The notes beneath the pieces were generated by a model, which worked only from the letters and a program-made list of their open reading frames with translations, searched no databases and had not been told where the DNA came from. This document shows, piece after piece, positions 17,556 through 25,818 of a stretch of 64,000 bases of DNA; position 1 is the stretch's first letter; each line of letters begins with the position of its first letter. This stretch comes from Candidatus Lernaella stagnicola (lineage in GTDB: Bacteria > Lernaellota > Lernaellaia > Lernaellales > Lernaellaceae). Where the stretch lies: the NCBI GenBank assembly GCA_030765525.1, contig JAVCCK010000010.1:450441-514440 (forward strand), in the 5' to 3' direction. A program made the position numbers and the translations under genes.

Positions 17556-18439
17556 TCCGTACCTCCGCCGGCACCCTGAGCGCCGGTACCGTTACTGTCT
17601 CCTAAAGCATCCGGGGGGAAAGCCACCCCCACCAACGTCAAGCCGTGCGCCGGCGCGGTAGGACCCGCGCAGCTACGGTCTCGCAACGCCAGGATATCCG
17701 CAAATTCCCCCGGTGTCACCTTCCCCCGGCCGACGAGCGCAAGCGTACCAACAATCGCCCGAACCTGGTGCTTCAGAAAAGCCGTGCCGCTGATTGTAAA
17801 ACAAAGCAGGCCCCCTTCCACACTGCCGGCGAAAGGCCACCAATCGGCGTGCCGTTCCCACGCGCCAACGGTAACCATATCGTGAACAGTGGCCGTCACG
17901 ATGCGCCTGACCGGGTGTGCGGCTTCACAACTGGCAGCACGAAATGCAGAGAAATCGTGCTCACCAACAAGTGAAACCATGGCCTGCTGCATAGAGATTA
18001 TATCCAGTTCGTCGGTAATATGCCAGCTATAACGCGACAAAAACGGGCTCGGGAAAGGACGATTCAATACGACATAACGGTAGTGGCGCCGGTGGGCGCG
18101 ATGCCGGGCCGAAAAGCCCTCGGGTACGCGCCGGATGTCGTGGATCGTGATGTCCGGCGGCGTGACCGCATTCCACGCTGTGAGCAGGCGGGGTAGGTCC
18201 AAGTCGAATGGCAACGTAAAATCAGCTGGCAAATCCAGGGCGTGTACACCGGCGTCGGTGCGGCCGGCGCCGCGTAGGCGCACGGGCTGTTGGGTGACTT
18301 TTTCGAAGGAGGTTTCCAGAGCTTCCTGGACGCTCAACCCGTTGGGTTGGTACTGCCAGCCCACGTACGCCGTGCCGTCGAATGCCGCGCGCACCAAGTA
18401 CGAACGGTTGCAATCGGCGGGGGCGGCAATGCGGCTCAA
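17552..18439 (-). CDS. truA: tRNA pseudouridine(38-40) synthase
   Basis: 'FDGTAYVGWQYQ', 'GAGRTDAGVHA', 'FSARHRA..RHYRY', 'GEHDFSAFR', 'FLKHQVRAIVG', 'TAPAHGLTL'. Confidence 0.95.
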   Translation of the reverse strand: MSRIAAPADCNRSYLVRAAFDGTAYVGWQYQPNGLSVQEALETSFEKVTQQPVRLRGAGRTDAGVHALDLPADFTLPFDLDLPRLLTAWNAVTPPDITIHDIRRVPEGFSARHRAHRRHYRYVVLNRPFPSPFLSRYSWHITDELDIISMQQAMVSLVGEHDFSAFRAASCEAAHPVRRIVTATVHDMVTVGAWERHADWWPFAGSVEGGLLCFTISGTAFLKHQVRAIVGTLALVGRGKVTPGEFADILALRDRSCAGPTAPAHGLTLVGVAFPPDALGDSNGTGAQGAGGGTE

Positions 18440-19116
18440 AATTCGAACAGAATTCCCAACGAGTGGAATTGACTCGACAGGTCGACGATGTTTTCTTCGC
18501 CGAAGTTGTCGAGATTCGTGTACCGAAATTCATAGAAAAGGTAAGTGTTGTTGATGCCCCACTCGGCTTCTAGGGCGCCGCTGGCGCGTTTTTCCAGGTT
18601 GTCGAGAAGGAACATCAAGCCGCCGTACGCCTGGGCGCCGTAATTGTACGAGCGGCGTTTCCAACTGCTGTCGAGCTTTTCCTCAAACCAGTACGACAAA
18701 ACGCCCGAGGCCCCGGCGTAGGGCACCACGGGCTGATCGAGGCCGAAATTGAATCGATACAACAACCCCAGACCGCCCGGTGCGATATGCAGTTTGTATT
18801 TTTCGGCGGTCTTGGATTGATCCTGCGGCGAAATGCCGTGACCTTCCGCAAAGCCATAGCTGATGTTACCGACCAACTCCAGGTGATGAACGATCTTCCA
18901 ACTGGCGGCCATCTGGTAAAACGCCACACCCTTTTCACCGTAAACGTCTGCGTAACCGTCATCGTCAAAGAAGAGCATGCCGATGTTGAAGCCAAAAGTC
19001 CCCCAAAACGGACTCTCCTGCCAATGGCGATCCTGTCGTTCCGGCTCTTGAGCCCAGGCGGTGCCGGCGACCAGCAGCGCGGCGATAAGCACGACTAACA
19101 GAAAGCTTCGTTTCAT
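18436..19116 (-). CDS. Outer-membrane beta-barrel protein (MXAN_2562-like)
   Basis: Signal peptide, amphipathic strands, 'DQPVVPYAG', 'EWGINNTYLFYEFRY', terminal Phe (ILFEF). Confidence 0.7.
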   Translation of the reverse strand: MKRSFLLVVLIAALLVAGTAWAQEPERQDRHWQESPFWGTFGFNIGMLFFDDDGYADVYGEKGVAFYQMAASWKIVHHLELVGNISYGFAEGHGISPQDQSKTAEKYKLHIAPGGLGLLYRFNFGLDQPVVPYAGASGVLSYWFEEKLDSSWKRRSYNYGAQAYGGLMFLLDNLEKRASGALEAEWGINNTYLFYEFRYTNLDNFGEENIVDLSSQFHSLGILFEF

Positions 19117-20171
19117 CGACTGACCCCCCGGCGGCGCAACATCACAAACGCCAACGACAGACCCATTAGGAGCGGCAGCAAAGCCAGCCCGGGCCGACGG
19201 GCTTCCAGACCGGCCGCCGCGGCCACCGGTGTCAACAGAGTGCGGACCGCGGCTCGAGCGCCCGGGTGCGACGCCAAACGACGGGCCAGCGGCGGGCTCG
19301 CCCGGTAGTACGCCTGCACCAGCGCGCGGCCGACCGAAGAATGAGCCAGCACGTGATCGCGGAAAAGCCGCAACTCCACGACCAAGGGGTGGTCGTAGTC
19401 GCCCCAGGCGGCGGTTGCAATGAAACAGCCACCCTCGTCACCGGAAAGCTCCGAGAAGCCGACGGTTTCAGTCGGCGTGCCGCCGCCTTCTTCCGACAGT
19501 TCGCCCTCGGTACCGCTTTCGTCAACGGCCGACACCCGCACGTAGTAGGTTTTTTCGTTTTCCAGACCGGAAAGCTGGAATTCATCCACGTTGTCCACAT
19601 CAATCGGGCTGACCCCCTCGGAGGCGTCGATGCCGTCGTAGTCGAAAGCGTCCACACCTGAGGAAGTGCCGTAATAGACGAGATAATAAGACAAGTCGGA
19701 GGCATCCACCGGATCCCACGAGAGGAAGAGTTTGCCGTCGCCGCGGCCGACCGACAAACCGGAAACGCGGTCGGGCGGCGTGTCCAGCGAGATAGCGGTC
19801 GAAGCGTAAGCGGTTTCGGTGCCGGAAGTGGCGATAACGTATATCGTATAGGAACCGTCGCCTTCGCCGAAATCGTTGTCGGCGCTGATCGTCGTGCTTG
19901 ACGTCAAGGTTCCGGTGAACGACCCCGTGCCGTCGGAAGCGGCGACCGAATCGCCCGAGCCCTCGGTGCCGTCACCGCCGATTTCCAGGGAGAACGTGCC
20001 CGAACCGTCGGACTCGATGCGCCAAAATACTTTGGCGGTTTCGCCTTCGCCAATGGAGCCGTCGGTCGGCTGGGTGCTGATAATGTCTACGGTCAGTTCG
20101 GCCTGGGCCAAACCGGCCGCCATCAACACCACAAAGACGACCGCACAGCCTAAAACGGCCTGTTTGATCAT
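19113..20171 (-). CDS. Exported fibronectin type III protein with CFI-box-CTERM sorting domain
   Basis: FN3 'LSWDP...YYLVYYG...LSGLENEKTYYVRVSAVDESG.EG..S'; 'GGCFIATAAWG...LRLFRDHVL...GRALVQAYYRASPPLA'; TM helix followed by RRRG. Confidence 0.85.
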   Translation of the reverse strand: MIKQAVLGCAVVFVVLMAAGLAQAELTVDIISTQPTDGSIGEGETAKVFWRIESDGSGTFSLEIGGDGTEGSGDSVAASDGTGSFTGTLTSSTTISADNDFGEGDGSYTIYVIATSGTETAYASTAISLDTPPDRVSGLSVGRGDGKLFLSWDPVDASDLSYYLVYYGTSSGVDAFDYDGIDASEGVSPIDVDNVDEFQLSGLENEKTYYVRVSAVDESGTEGELSEEGGGTPTETVGFSELSGDEGGCFIATAAWGDYDHPLVVELRLFRDHVLAHSSVGRALVQAYYRASPPLARRLASHPGARAAVRTLLTPVAAAAGLEARRPGLALLPLLMGLSLAFVMLRRRGVSR

Positions 20172-20285
20172 ATTCCTGCTCCCGTGTCGGGATTCACCCT
20201 TCCAGATGTTCCACCGTATCCTACTTGCAGCCTATAGCGCGGTCAAGCACGCTCGGGCCTTGGACCCATCGAACTGCTGGAAAGT

Positions 20286-21446
20286 TCAAAGTTTCACGAG
20301 GCGATCCATCGCTTCGACCAGCCGGCTTTTTTCCTGACAAAGCGCGATCCGGGCGTAGCCCTCGCCCGCGGCGCCAAACCCGACCCCCGGCGTGACCACA
20401 ACCCCGGTTTTTTGGAGCAAATCGTCCGCGAACGCCGCGCTGTCGCCGCCGGGGACCGGGAACCAAACGTAAAAGGTCGCCTTGAGGTCGGGCACGTCGA
20501 AACCCGCTTGCCGCAATCCGGCCAGCACCAGGTCGCGCCGCTCGCGGTAGACCTCGACGATGGCGTGCCGGATAGCGGGATCCATGTTAAGCGCGGCAAC
20601 AGCCGCTTGCTGCACGGCTTCGAACGCGCCGGAGTCAACATTGGTTTTGACGCGTCCGATGGCCTGCACGATCTCCGCATTGCCGGCTACGAAGCCGACG
20701 CGCCAGCCGGTCATATTGAAGGTTTTCGAAAAACTGTGGAATTCGGCGGCCCGTTCCATGGCGCCGGGCGCTTGCAGCACACTGGGCGCGCGGTAGTCGC
20801 CAAACCCCATTTCAGCGTAGGCGGCGTCGTGCAACAGCGTGATGTTGTATTGCGCGGCAAAAGCGAGGGCTTCGGCGAAGAAATCCAGGTTGGCGGTCGC
20901 GCCGGTCGGGTTATTCGGATAGTTCAGATGCATCACCGTCGCGCGCGAGGCGACGGCTTTAGGAATCCCGGAAAAGTCGGGTAGGAAGCTGTTTTCGGCC
21001 GCGAGCGGCATATCCACCGGGTTGCCGCCGGCGAAAATCGTGCCGGCCCGGTAGACGGGGTAGCCGGGGCTGGGGATCAACACGGTGTCGTCGATTTCGA
21101 CCAACGCCAGCGCGGCGTGGGCGATGCCTTCCTTGGAGCCGATCAGAGCGCAGATTTCGGTTTCGGGATCAAGTTCGACGCCGAAACGTCGCTTCATGTA
21201 CCCGGCGCAAGCTTCGCGAAAGGGGCGCATGCCCTGGTATGACGGGTAGCGATGCGTGGCCGGATTCCGCACGGCTTCGATCAAGGCCGACACGATGGGT
21301 TCCGGGGTGGGCCGGTCCGGGTCGCCGACGCCCAAGTCAATGATATCCACGCCGCGCGCCGCGACGAGCTCTTTTTGGCGGTCCAGTTCGGCAAACAGGT
21401 ACGGCGGCAAGCTCGTGAGGCGTTGGGTTTGGATCGAGCGACGCAT
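20286..21446 (-). CDS. dapL: LL-diaminopimelate aminotransferase
   Basis: 'LPPYLFAELD...DIIDLGVGDPD', 'LIGSKEGIAH', 'NYPNNPTGA', 'HDAAYAE', PLP Lys in 'SFSKTFNMTGWRVG', 'KTNVDSG'. Confidence 0.88.
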   Translation of the reverse strand: MRRSIQTQRLTSLPPYLFAELDRQKELVAARGVDIIDLGVGDPDRPTPEPIVSALIEAVRNPATHRYPSYQGMRPFREACAGYMKRRFGVELDPETEICALIGSKEGIAHAALALVEIDDTVLIPSPGYPVYRAGTIFAGGNPVDMPLAAENSFLPDFSGIPKAVASRATVMHLNYPNNPTGATANLDFFAEALAFAAQYNITLLHDAAYAEMGFGDYRAPSVLQAPGAMERAAEFHSFSKTFNMTGWRVGFVAGNAEIVQAIGRVKTNVDSGAFEAVQQAAVAALNMDPAIRHAIVEVYRERRDLVLAGLRQAGFDVPDLKATFYVWFPVPGGDSAAFADDLLQKTGVVVTPGVGFGAAGEGYARIALCQEKSRLVEAMDRLVKL

Positions 21447-21592
21447 CTTTTCTCCTGTTTTTCTTTTTGTTGCGTGAAGTTGGGTCCTATCATACGACGC
21501 GAGGCAACGCAATTGCCGCCCCGCCTTTGCTTGCCCGAGAACGTGGCGGTTGCTACAGTGGCGGCGTTCGGAAAAGGGGAGACGAAACGCGC

Positions 21593-21916
21593 GTGCGGAA
21601 GATCTTGGACGAAATGCACAATTTTTTGGTCAGCGGTTTTTCCGGCGATCTGGGAACCGTTTTGGGCCAAGTGTTTTTTGTCGTCATCGGCGTGTTGCTT
21701 TTCTTCGCCCTCTACACCATCGTGCGGTTTTTCACCGACCCGATTACCCTAAAGGTATTGCGCGTACGCGACAGATCACCGTTGCCGAACCTCGTGGCGC
21801 TCTTCGTATCGGCGATTCTTTTCGTGTATATGCTGATCGGCGCCTATCGCCACATACCAGCCACGCGGCAAACCGTGTTGGGCCAGGCCGGGCAATGGTT
21901 GGATCGCTTTTTGTGA
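21593..21916 (+). CDS. Small membrane protein
   Basis: GTG after purine-rich GGGGAG; two hydrophobic helices. Confidence 0.55.
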   Translation: MRKILDEMHNFLVSGFSGDLGTVLGQVFFVVIGVLLFFALYTIVRFFTDPITLKVLRVRDRSPLPNLVALFVSAILFVYMLIGAYRHIPATRQTVLGQAGQWLDRFL

Positions 21917-21917
21917 T

Positions 21918-22880
21918 TTATTGACGCGGCCGCAGGCGAAAGGTCAACACCTGGGCGTCATCGCTGATCACCTCGCCGAAACCGTCGACGTAGCGCTGCG
22001 TCGCCCAATGGAATTCCTGCCGCGTTTCGATGGGCAGGCCGAGTTCGAGATCGAACCGTGCCTGGTACGACGCGTTTTGAAAGCGTAGCGCGATCGTCAC
22101 GTCGCCCAGTTGCACCAACCCGAAGGGCGATTTCGCCGACTCCTTGCCGACTTTCCGAAACGTTCCGCCCAGAAACAAATGCGACCCTTCACGCTTCGCG
22201 ATGCGCCAAACCCATTCCAGCGGTATCAAGCCGGTCATCGGTGGGGGCGGGGCGAGTTCGAAAGGCAGCGACCACTCAGGCTGCTTGCGCCAGTTGGTCG
22301 GGAGGTACGCCCCCATCAAGGTCGGAATCGTCTGCTTCATTTCCCGGCGCGGGTAGATCGTTAGGCCCGCCGGGGGCTGCGACCATTGTTCGCGGCTGAG
22401 AAAATCGGCCGGCGGTGGGCCGCCGCGAAAATCGCGTTGCCATCGGCCCGTTGCGTCGACGAGGGCATGCAGGCCGTAGTCGCCGATATCGCGCAGGTAG
22501 CGCACGCCGGGCGATAAGTCGAAACGGTCGCGGCCGCGGTCGACGACACCCGCCTGCACGATCGGCGGCCGGTCGCCTTCGGTGACGGTGTAGCGCGACT
22601 CGGTCGGCACAAAATGCAGGTGAGCCGCGCCGCGTTTGTCGACCTCCACCACGCGCATATCGAGGCGCACGTAGGTGGAATGGGTGCTGGGCGCTTCGGC
22701 ATCGGTGCGCGGCGTGTGGGTGAGTCGCTCGGCGAAATCGACGACGAAAACATCCCCGGCGGTGAAGTGGTAAGCGGGGTCGCCGCCGGATGTATTTGTG
22801 TCCGACGGGGGCGGCGGTCCGCCGCAGGCGACGAGCAACAACACAAGACACGGCAGAAAGTATATGTAACGCATGGGCAT
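21918..22880 (-). CDS. Hypothetical lipoprotein (beta-strand-rich)
   Basis: Lipobox LLVAC-GGPPP; 320-aa ORF with host-like codon usage. Confidence 0.6.
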   Translation of the reverse strand: MPMRYIYFLPCLVLLLVACGGPPPPSDTNTSGGDPAYHFTAGDVFVVDFAERLTHTPRTDAEAPSTHSTYVRLDMRVVEVDKRGAAHLHFVPTESRYTVTEGDRPPIVQAGVVDRGRDRFDLSPGVRYLRDIGDYGLHALVDATGRWQRDFRGGPPPADFLSREQWSQPPAGLTIYPRREMKQTIPTLMGAYLPTNWRKQPEWSLPFELAPPPPMTGLIPLEWVWRIAKREGSHLFLGGTFRKVGKESAKSPFGLVQLGDVTIALRFQNASYQARFDLELGLPIETRQEFHWATQRYVDGFGEVISDDAQVLTFRLRPRQ

Positions 22881-23012
22881 GTTTTAACACGAAGCAAGGC
22901 CAGTCGCAACGAAAGCGGAACCTTTTGTTGCGTGGCCGGTCCATTTTTTTTACGTTTAAACTTGCTCGAAACCGGGAGCGTATCTATCTTGACTGTGCTA
23001 CCTGGAGGCCGT

Positions 23013-23417
23013 GTGAAAAAGACCATTGTCCTGATTGGGTTGGCGTTGGTATCGGCATGTGTCTATGCCGCCGCGGCGCAGGGACTAAGTGTAGTCGATG
23101 TTACCTTCTGCCAGCGCGTCGTCGATCGCGAACCCATCGATACCGGGACGACGTTCCCCGCCGACATCGGCTGGCTTTACTGCCACACGACGATCAGCAA
23201 CCCTGGTGAACCGGCGGAGATTCATCACGACTGGTACTACCAAGACGCCTTCATCAGCCGGTTGACGCTCACCGCCGGGACGTCGCCGAAGTGGCGCACG
23301 TTTTCCGCCAAGCAGATGAGCCCGGCGTGGTTGGGCAAATGGGAAGTGGTCGTAAAAACCGACTCCGGCCGGGAACTAGCCCGCAAATCTTTTGAACTGA
23401 CCGCCCCCGCCGAGTAA
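23013..23417 (+). CDS. DUF2914-family exported Ig-like protein
   Basis: GGAGG RBS, signal peptide, 'VVDREP...F...LYCHT...IHHDWY...WRTFSAK....WLGKWEVVV'. Confidence 0.8.
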   Translation: MKKTIVLIGLALVSACVYAAAAQGLSVVDVTFCQRVVDREPIDTGTTFPADIGWLYCHTTISNPGEPAEIHHDWYYQDAFISRLTLTAGTSPKWRTFSAKQMSPAWLGKWEVVVKTDSGRELARKSFELTAPAE

Positions 23418-23466
23418 CGGCCTTGGCAACCTGGGAATAAGCCGGGCACAATAAGCACTTCACACG

Positions 23467-25818
23467 ATGAGGAATCCGTTGACGCCGGAGAAGCACGCCG
23501 TGCCCGAGCCATTGGCCAATCGTCGCTTGATCCTCGCCGTTCACGCGGCGGCGCTGGCGATGATACTTACTTTTTTCACGTGGCATGCGCTGGGGCACGC
23601 GGTGCCCACCGGTTTGGCCGGGCCGCAATGCGACAACCTCACCCAGGCCTTACCGAAACTAGCTTTTTATGCTCGCGAACTGCGCGCCGGTCGCCTGCCG
23701 ACCTGGGACCCCTATGCGGGAACCGGCGCGGCGGACTACCCGATTCGCAGTCACGTCATGTATCCCACGACGTTACTGACGACCGTGTTGCTGCCGCCCT
23801 GGCTCGCCTTGCTGGCCGATTACTTTCTGGCCTTCGTGATCGCCTATTTCCTGGCTTTCCTCTTTTTCCGGCGCTCGCGCGCCCCGGCCCCTCTGGCGGC
23901 TGCGGCCGCGTTGGCGGTGGTCTTTGGCGGGCTGAATTTGCGCTACGTGTTCTACCCCTACTTCAGCCAGACCGCCGCTTGGATCCCGCTGGTTTTCCTG
24001 GCTGTCGACGGTCTCTTCACGGGGCGGCGACCGGCCCGTGCCATCGCGTGGGGTGGCTTGGCGTTGGGAATGATGATCCTGGCCGGCATGCTCAATTACG
24101 TGATCTACACCCTGGTTTTCGGCGGCCTCTATGTTCTGTGGCTCACCGGGCAAAAGCGCCCGGAGGGCGACGGGGCCGCGCCGTGGTGGCGGTTTTGGCT
24201 GGCGGCGGCGGCAATCGTCGTTGTCGGCTTCGCGCTCGGCGCCGCGCGTCTGGCGCCCCTGCTCGAGCAACTCGAACGGCTGCGCGGCGGCTACGGAAAG
24301 TGGGAAGCGTTCCGCGGCTTGCTGCAAACGCCCTCGCTACTTGTCGCCTCGCTCGCACCGGGAGCGTTCGGCGAGTATCGTTTTCGTCTCTTGTCCACGA
24401 CGCTCGCGTACGGAATGTTGGCCTGGGCGCCGGCGGTCGCATTTGTGTTCGGGGCGCGCAAGGCGCGGATCGATTGGTTCTGGATCGGCGTGGTCGGCGT
24501 CGGCTTGGTCACGGTCGTGTACAGCCCCTTGACGCGGCTTTTATTCCACGTTCTGCCCGGCTACGCGGGTTTCGAACCGACGCGAATCTGGTCGGTGGCG
24601 GGCCTCGGTCTGCTTTGGCTGGCCCTGCGGGGACTGAATGAAATCGCCGGCGGCGAACGAGGTTCGCGCGTGTTGGCGATTGCCGCGGTGATCGCCGGCC
24701 TATGGTTGGCCGCTTTCCTTGCTCTGGCGCTACGCACGTCGCCAATCAATGCGTGGCACCTGCTGCCGTTGGCCGTCGGCGTGACGGGTCTGGTCGCCGC
24801 GTGGCCGCTGCGCCGGTGGGCCGGACGCGAGAAGGCCGCGCTGATGCTGGCGGCGTTGTTGGCGCTGGAAGTGTTTGCCCGCGCCGGGGTTTCGGCTGAA
24901 CGAATCGACACCCGTCGTCTCTACCGCGAAACGCCCATCACCACCACGTTACGGAACGCGTCGCCACCGGCCCGCGTGCTGCGCGTGGGGGGCCGGTGGG
25001 GCTGGATTCGCGACGGCCGCCTCTACACCCAGGAGTCACTGAAATTCGACGGCGTCGAGGATCTGCATGCGTACAGTTCCATGATCGACCCTTCGTTGCG
25101 GCGCGTGTTCGATGCCTACCGGGCGCGGCGTGATTTCGGCCTCTCGCCCTTCGACGAAGGCGCCGCGATTCAACCCTTCCTCACCGGCGCACCGGCGGAA
25201 AACGGCTTTGCCGATTCGATCGGCGCCAACTTCATTTTGTCGCAAGAGCCCTTGCCCGGCGCGGACATCGACTCGATGCTGCAGGAAAAGGCGCGGCACG
25301 GTGGGCTGATTCTGTATCAGAACAAGGACGCGTTGCCGCGGGCGTTTTGGACAGCGGTCGGTTGGGTCGCTCGCAACGATGACGAGATGATTGCGGAACT
25401 GGGCCGACAGAGTGATTGGTCGCGCGGCGTCTGGCTCGACCGGATAGCGCCGAGCGCGGCGCAAAACGACGAGGTTGTCGCGGGGCTCGTTCGCCCACTC
25501 CTGCGCCGGCCGACCTATGAAAAATACGAAGTCACCACGCCGGGCGGCGGTTATTTGGTGGTGACCGAGTTGTACGACAAACACTGGACCGCCACGGTCA
25601 ACGGGCAAAGCGCGCCGGTGCGACGGGCGAACCTGGCCTTTCGCGGCGTGGCGGTGAAGGACACGAAGAGCGTCGTCGAGTTCCGCTACGAACCCTGGCC
25701 CTTCTACCTCGGATTGGCGTTCTCCCATTTGGGAGCTTGGGCGGTCGTGCTGTTGCTGTGGCTCGGGCGGCTTAGGGAACCAACTCGAAAAGAAGCACGT
25801 CCTGACCCGGTACCGTGA
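23467..25818 (+). CDS. YfhO-family GT-C membrane glycosyltransferase
   Basis: 'GRLPTWDPYAGTG...YP', many TM helices, C-terminal 'NKDALPRA...YLVVTELYDKHWTATVNG...RRANLAFRGV...VEFRYEP'. Confidence 0.85.
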   Translation: MRNPLTPEKHAVPEPLANRRLILAVHAAALAMILTFFTWHALGHAVPTGLAGPQCDNLTQALPKLAFYARELRAGRLPTWDPYAGTGAADYPIRSHVMYPTTLLTTVLLPPWLALLADYFLAFVIAYFLAFLFFRRSRAPAPLAAAAALAVVFGGLNLRYVFYPYFSQTAAWIPLVFLAVDGLFTGRRPARAIAWGGLALGMMILAGMLNYVIYTLVFGGLYVLWLTGQKRPEGDGAAPWWRFWLAAAAIVVVGFALGAARLAPLLEQLERLRGGYGKWEAFRGLLQTPSLLVASLAPGAFGEYRFRLLSTTLAYGMLAWAPAVAFVFGARKARIDWFWIGVVGVGLVTVVYSPLTRLLFHVLPGYAGFEPTRIWSVAGLGLLWLALRGLNEIAGGERGSRVLAIAAVIAGLWLAAFLALALRTSPINAWHLLPLAVGVTGLVAAWPLRRWAGREKAALMLAALLALEVFARAGVSAERIDTRRLYRETPITTTLRNASPPARVLRVGGRWGWIRDGRLYTQESLKFDGVEDLHAYSSMIDPSLRRVFDAYRARRDFGLSPFDEGAAIQPFLTGAPAENGFADSIGANFILSQEPLPGADIDSMLQEKARHGGLILYQNKDALPRAFWTAVGWVARNDDEMIAELGRQSDWSRGVWLDRIAPSAAQNDEVVAGLVRPLLRRPTYEKYEVTTPGGGYLVVTELYDKHWTATVNGQSAPVRRANLAFRGVAVKDTKSVVEFRYEPWPFYLGLAFSHLGAWAVVLLLWLGRLREPTRKEARPDPVP

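Noticed and set aside
17810..17885. ~20-aa insertion in TruA (VGAWERHADWWPFAGSVE)
   Set aside because: In frame, in a loop that tolerates length variation; too short for an intein and without splice motifs.
25772..25818. 47-bp overlap of convergent yfhO-like and lipoprotein genes
   Set aside because: Ordinary 3'-end overlap in GC-rich DNA.
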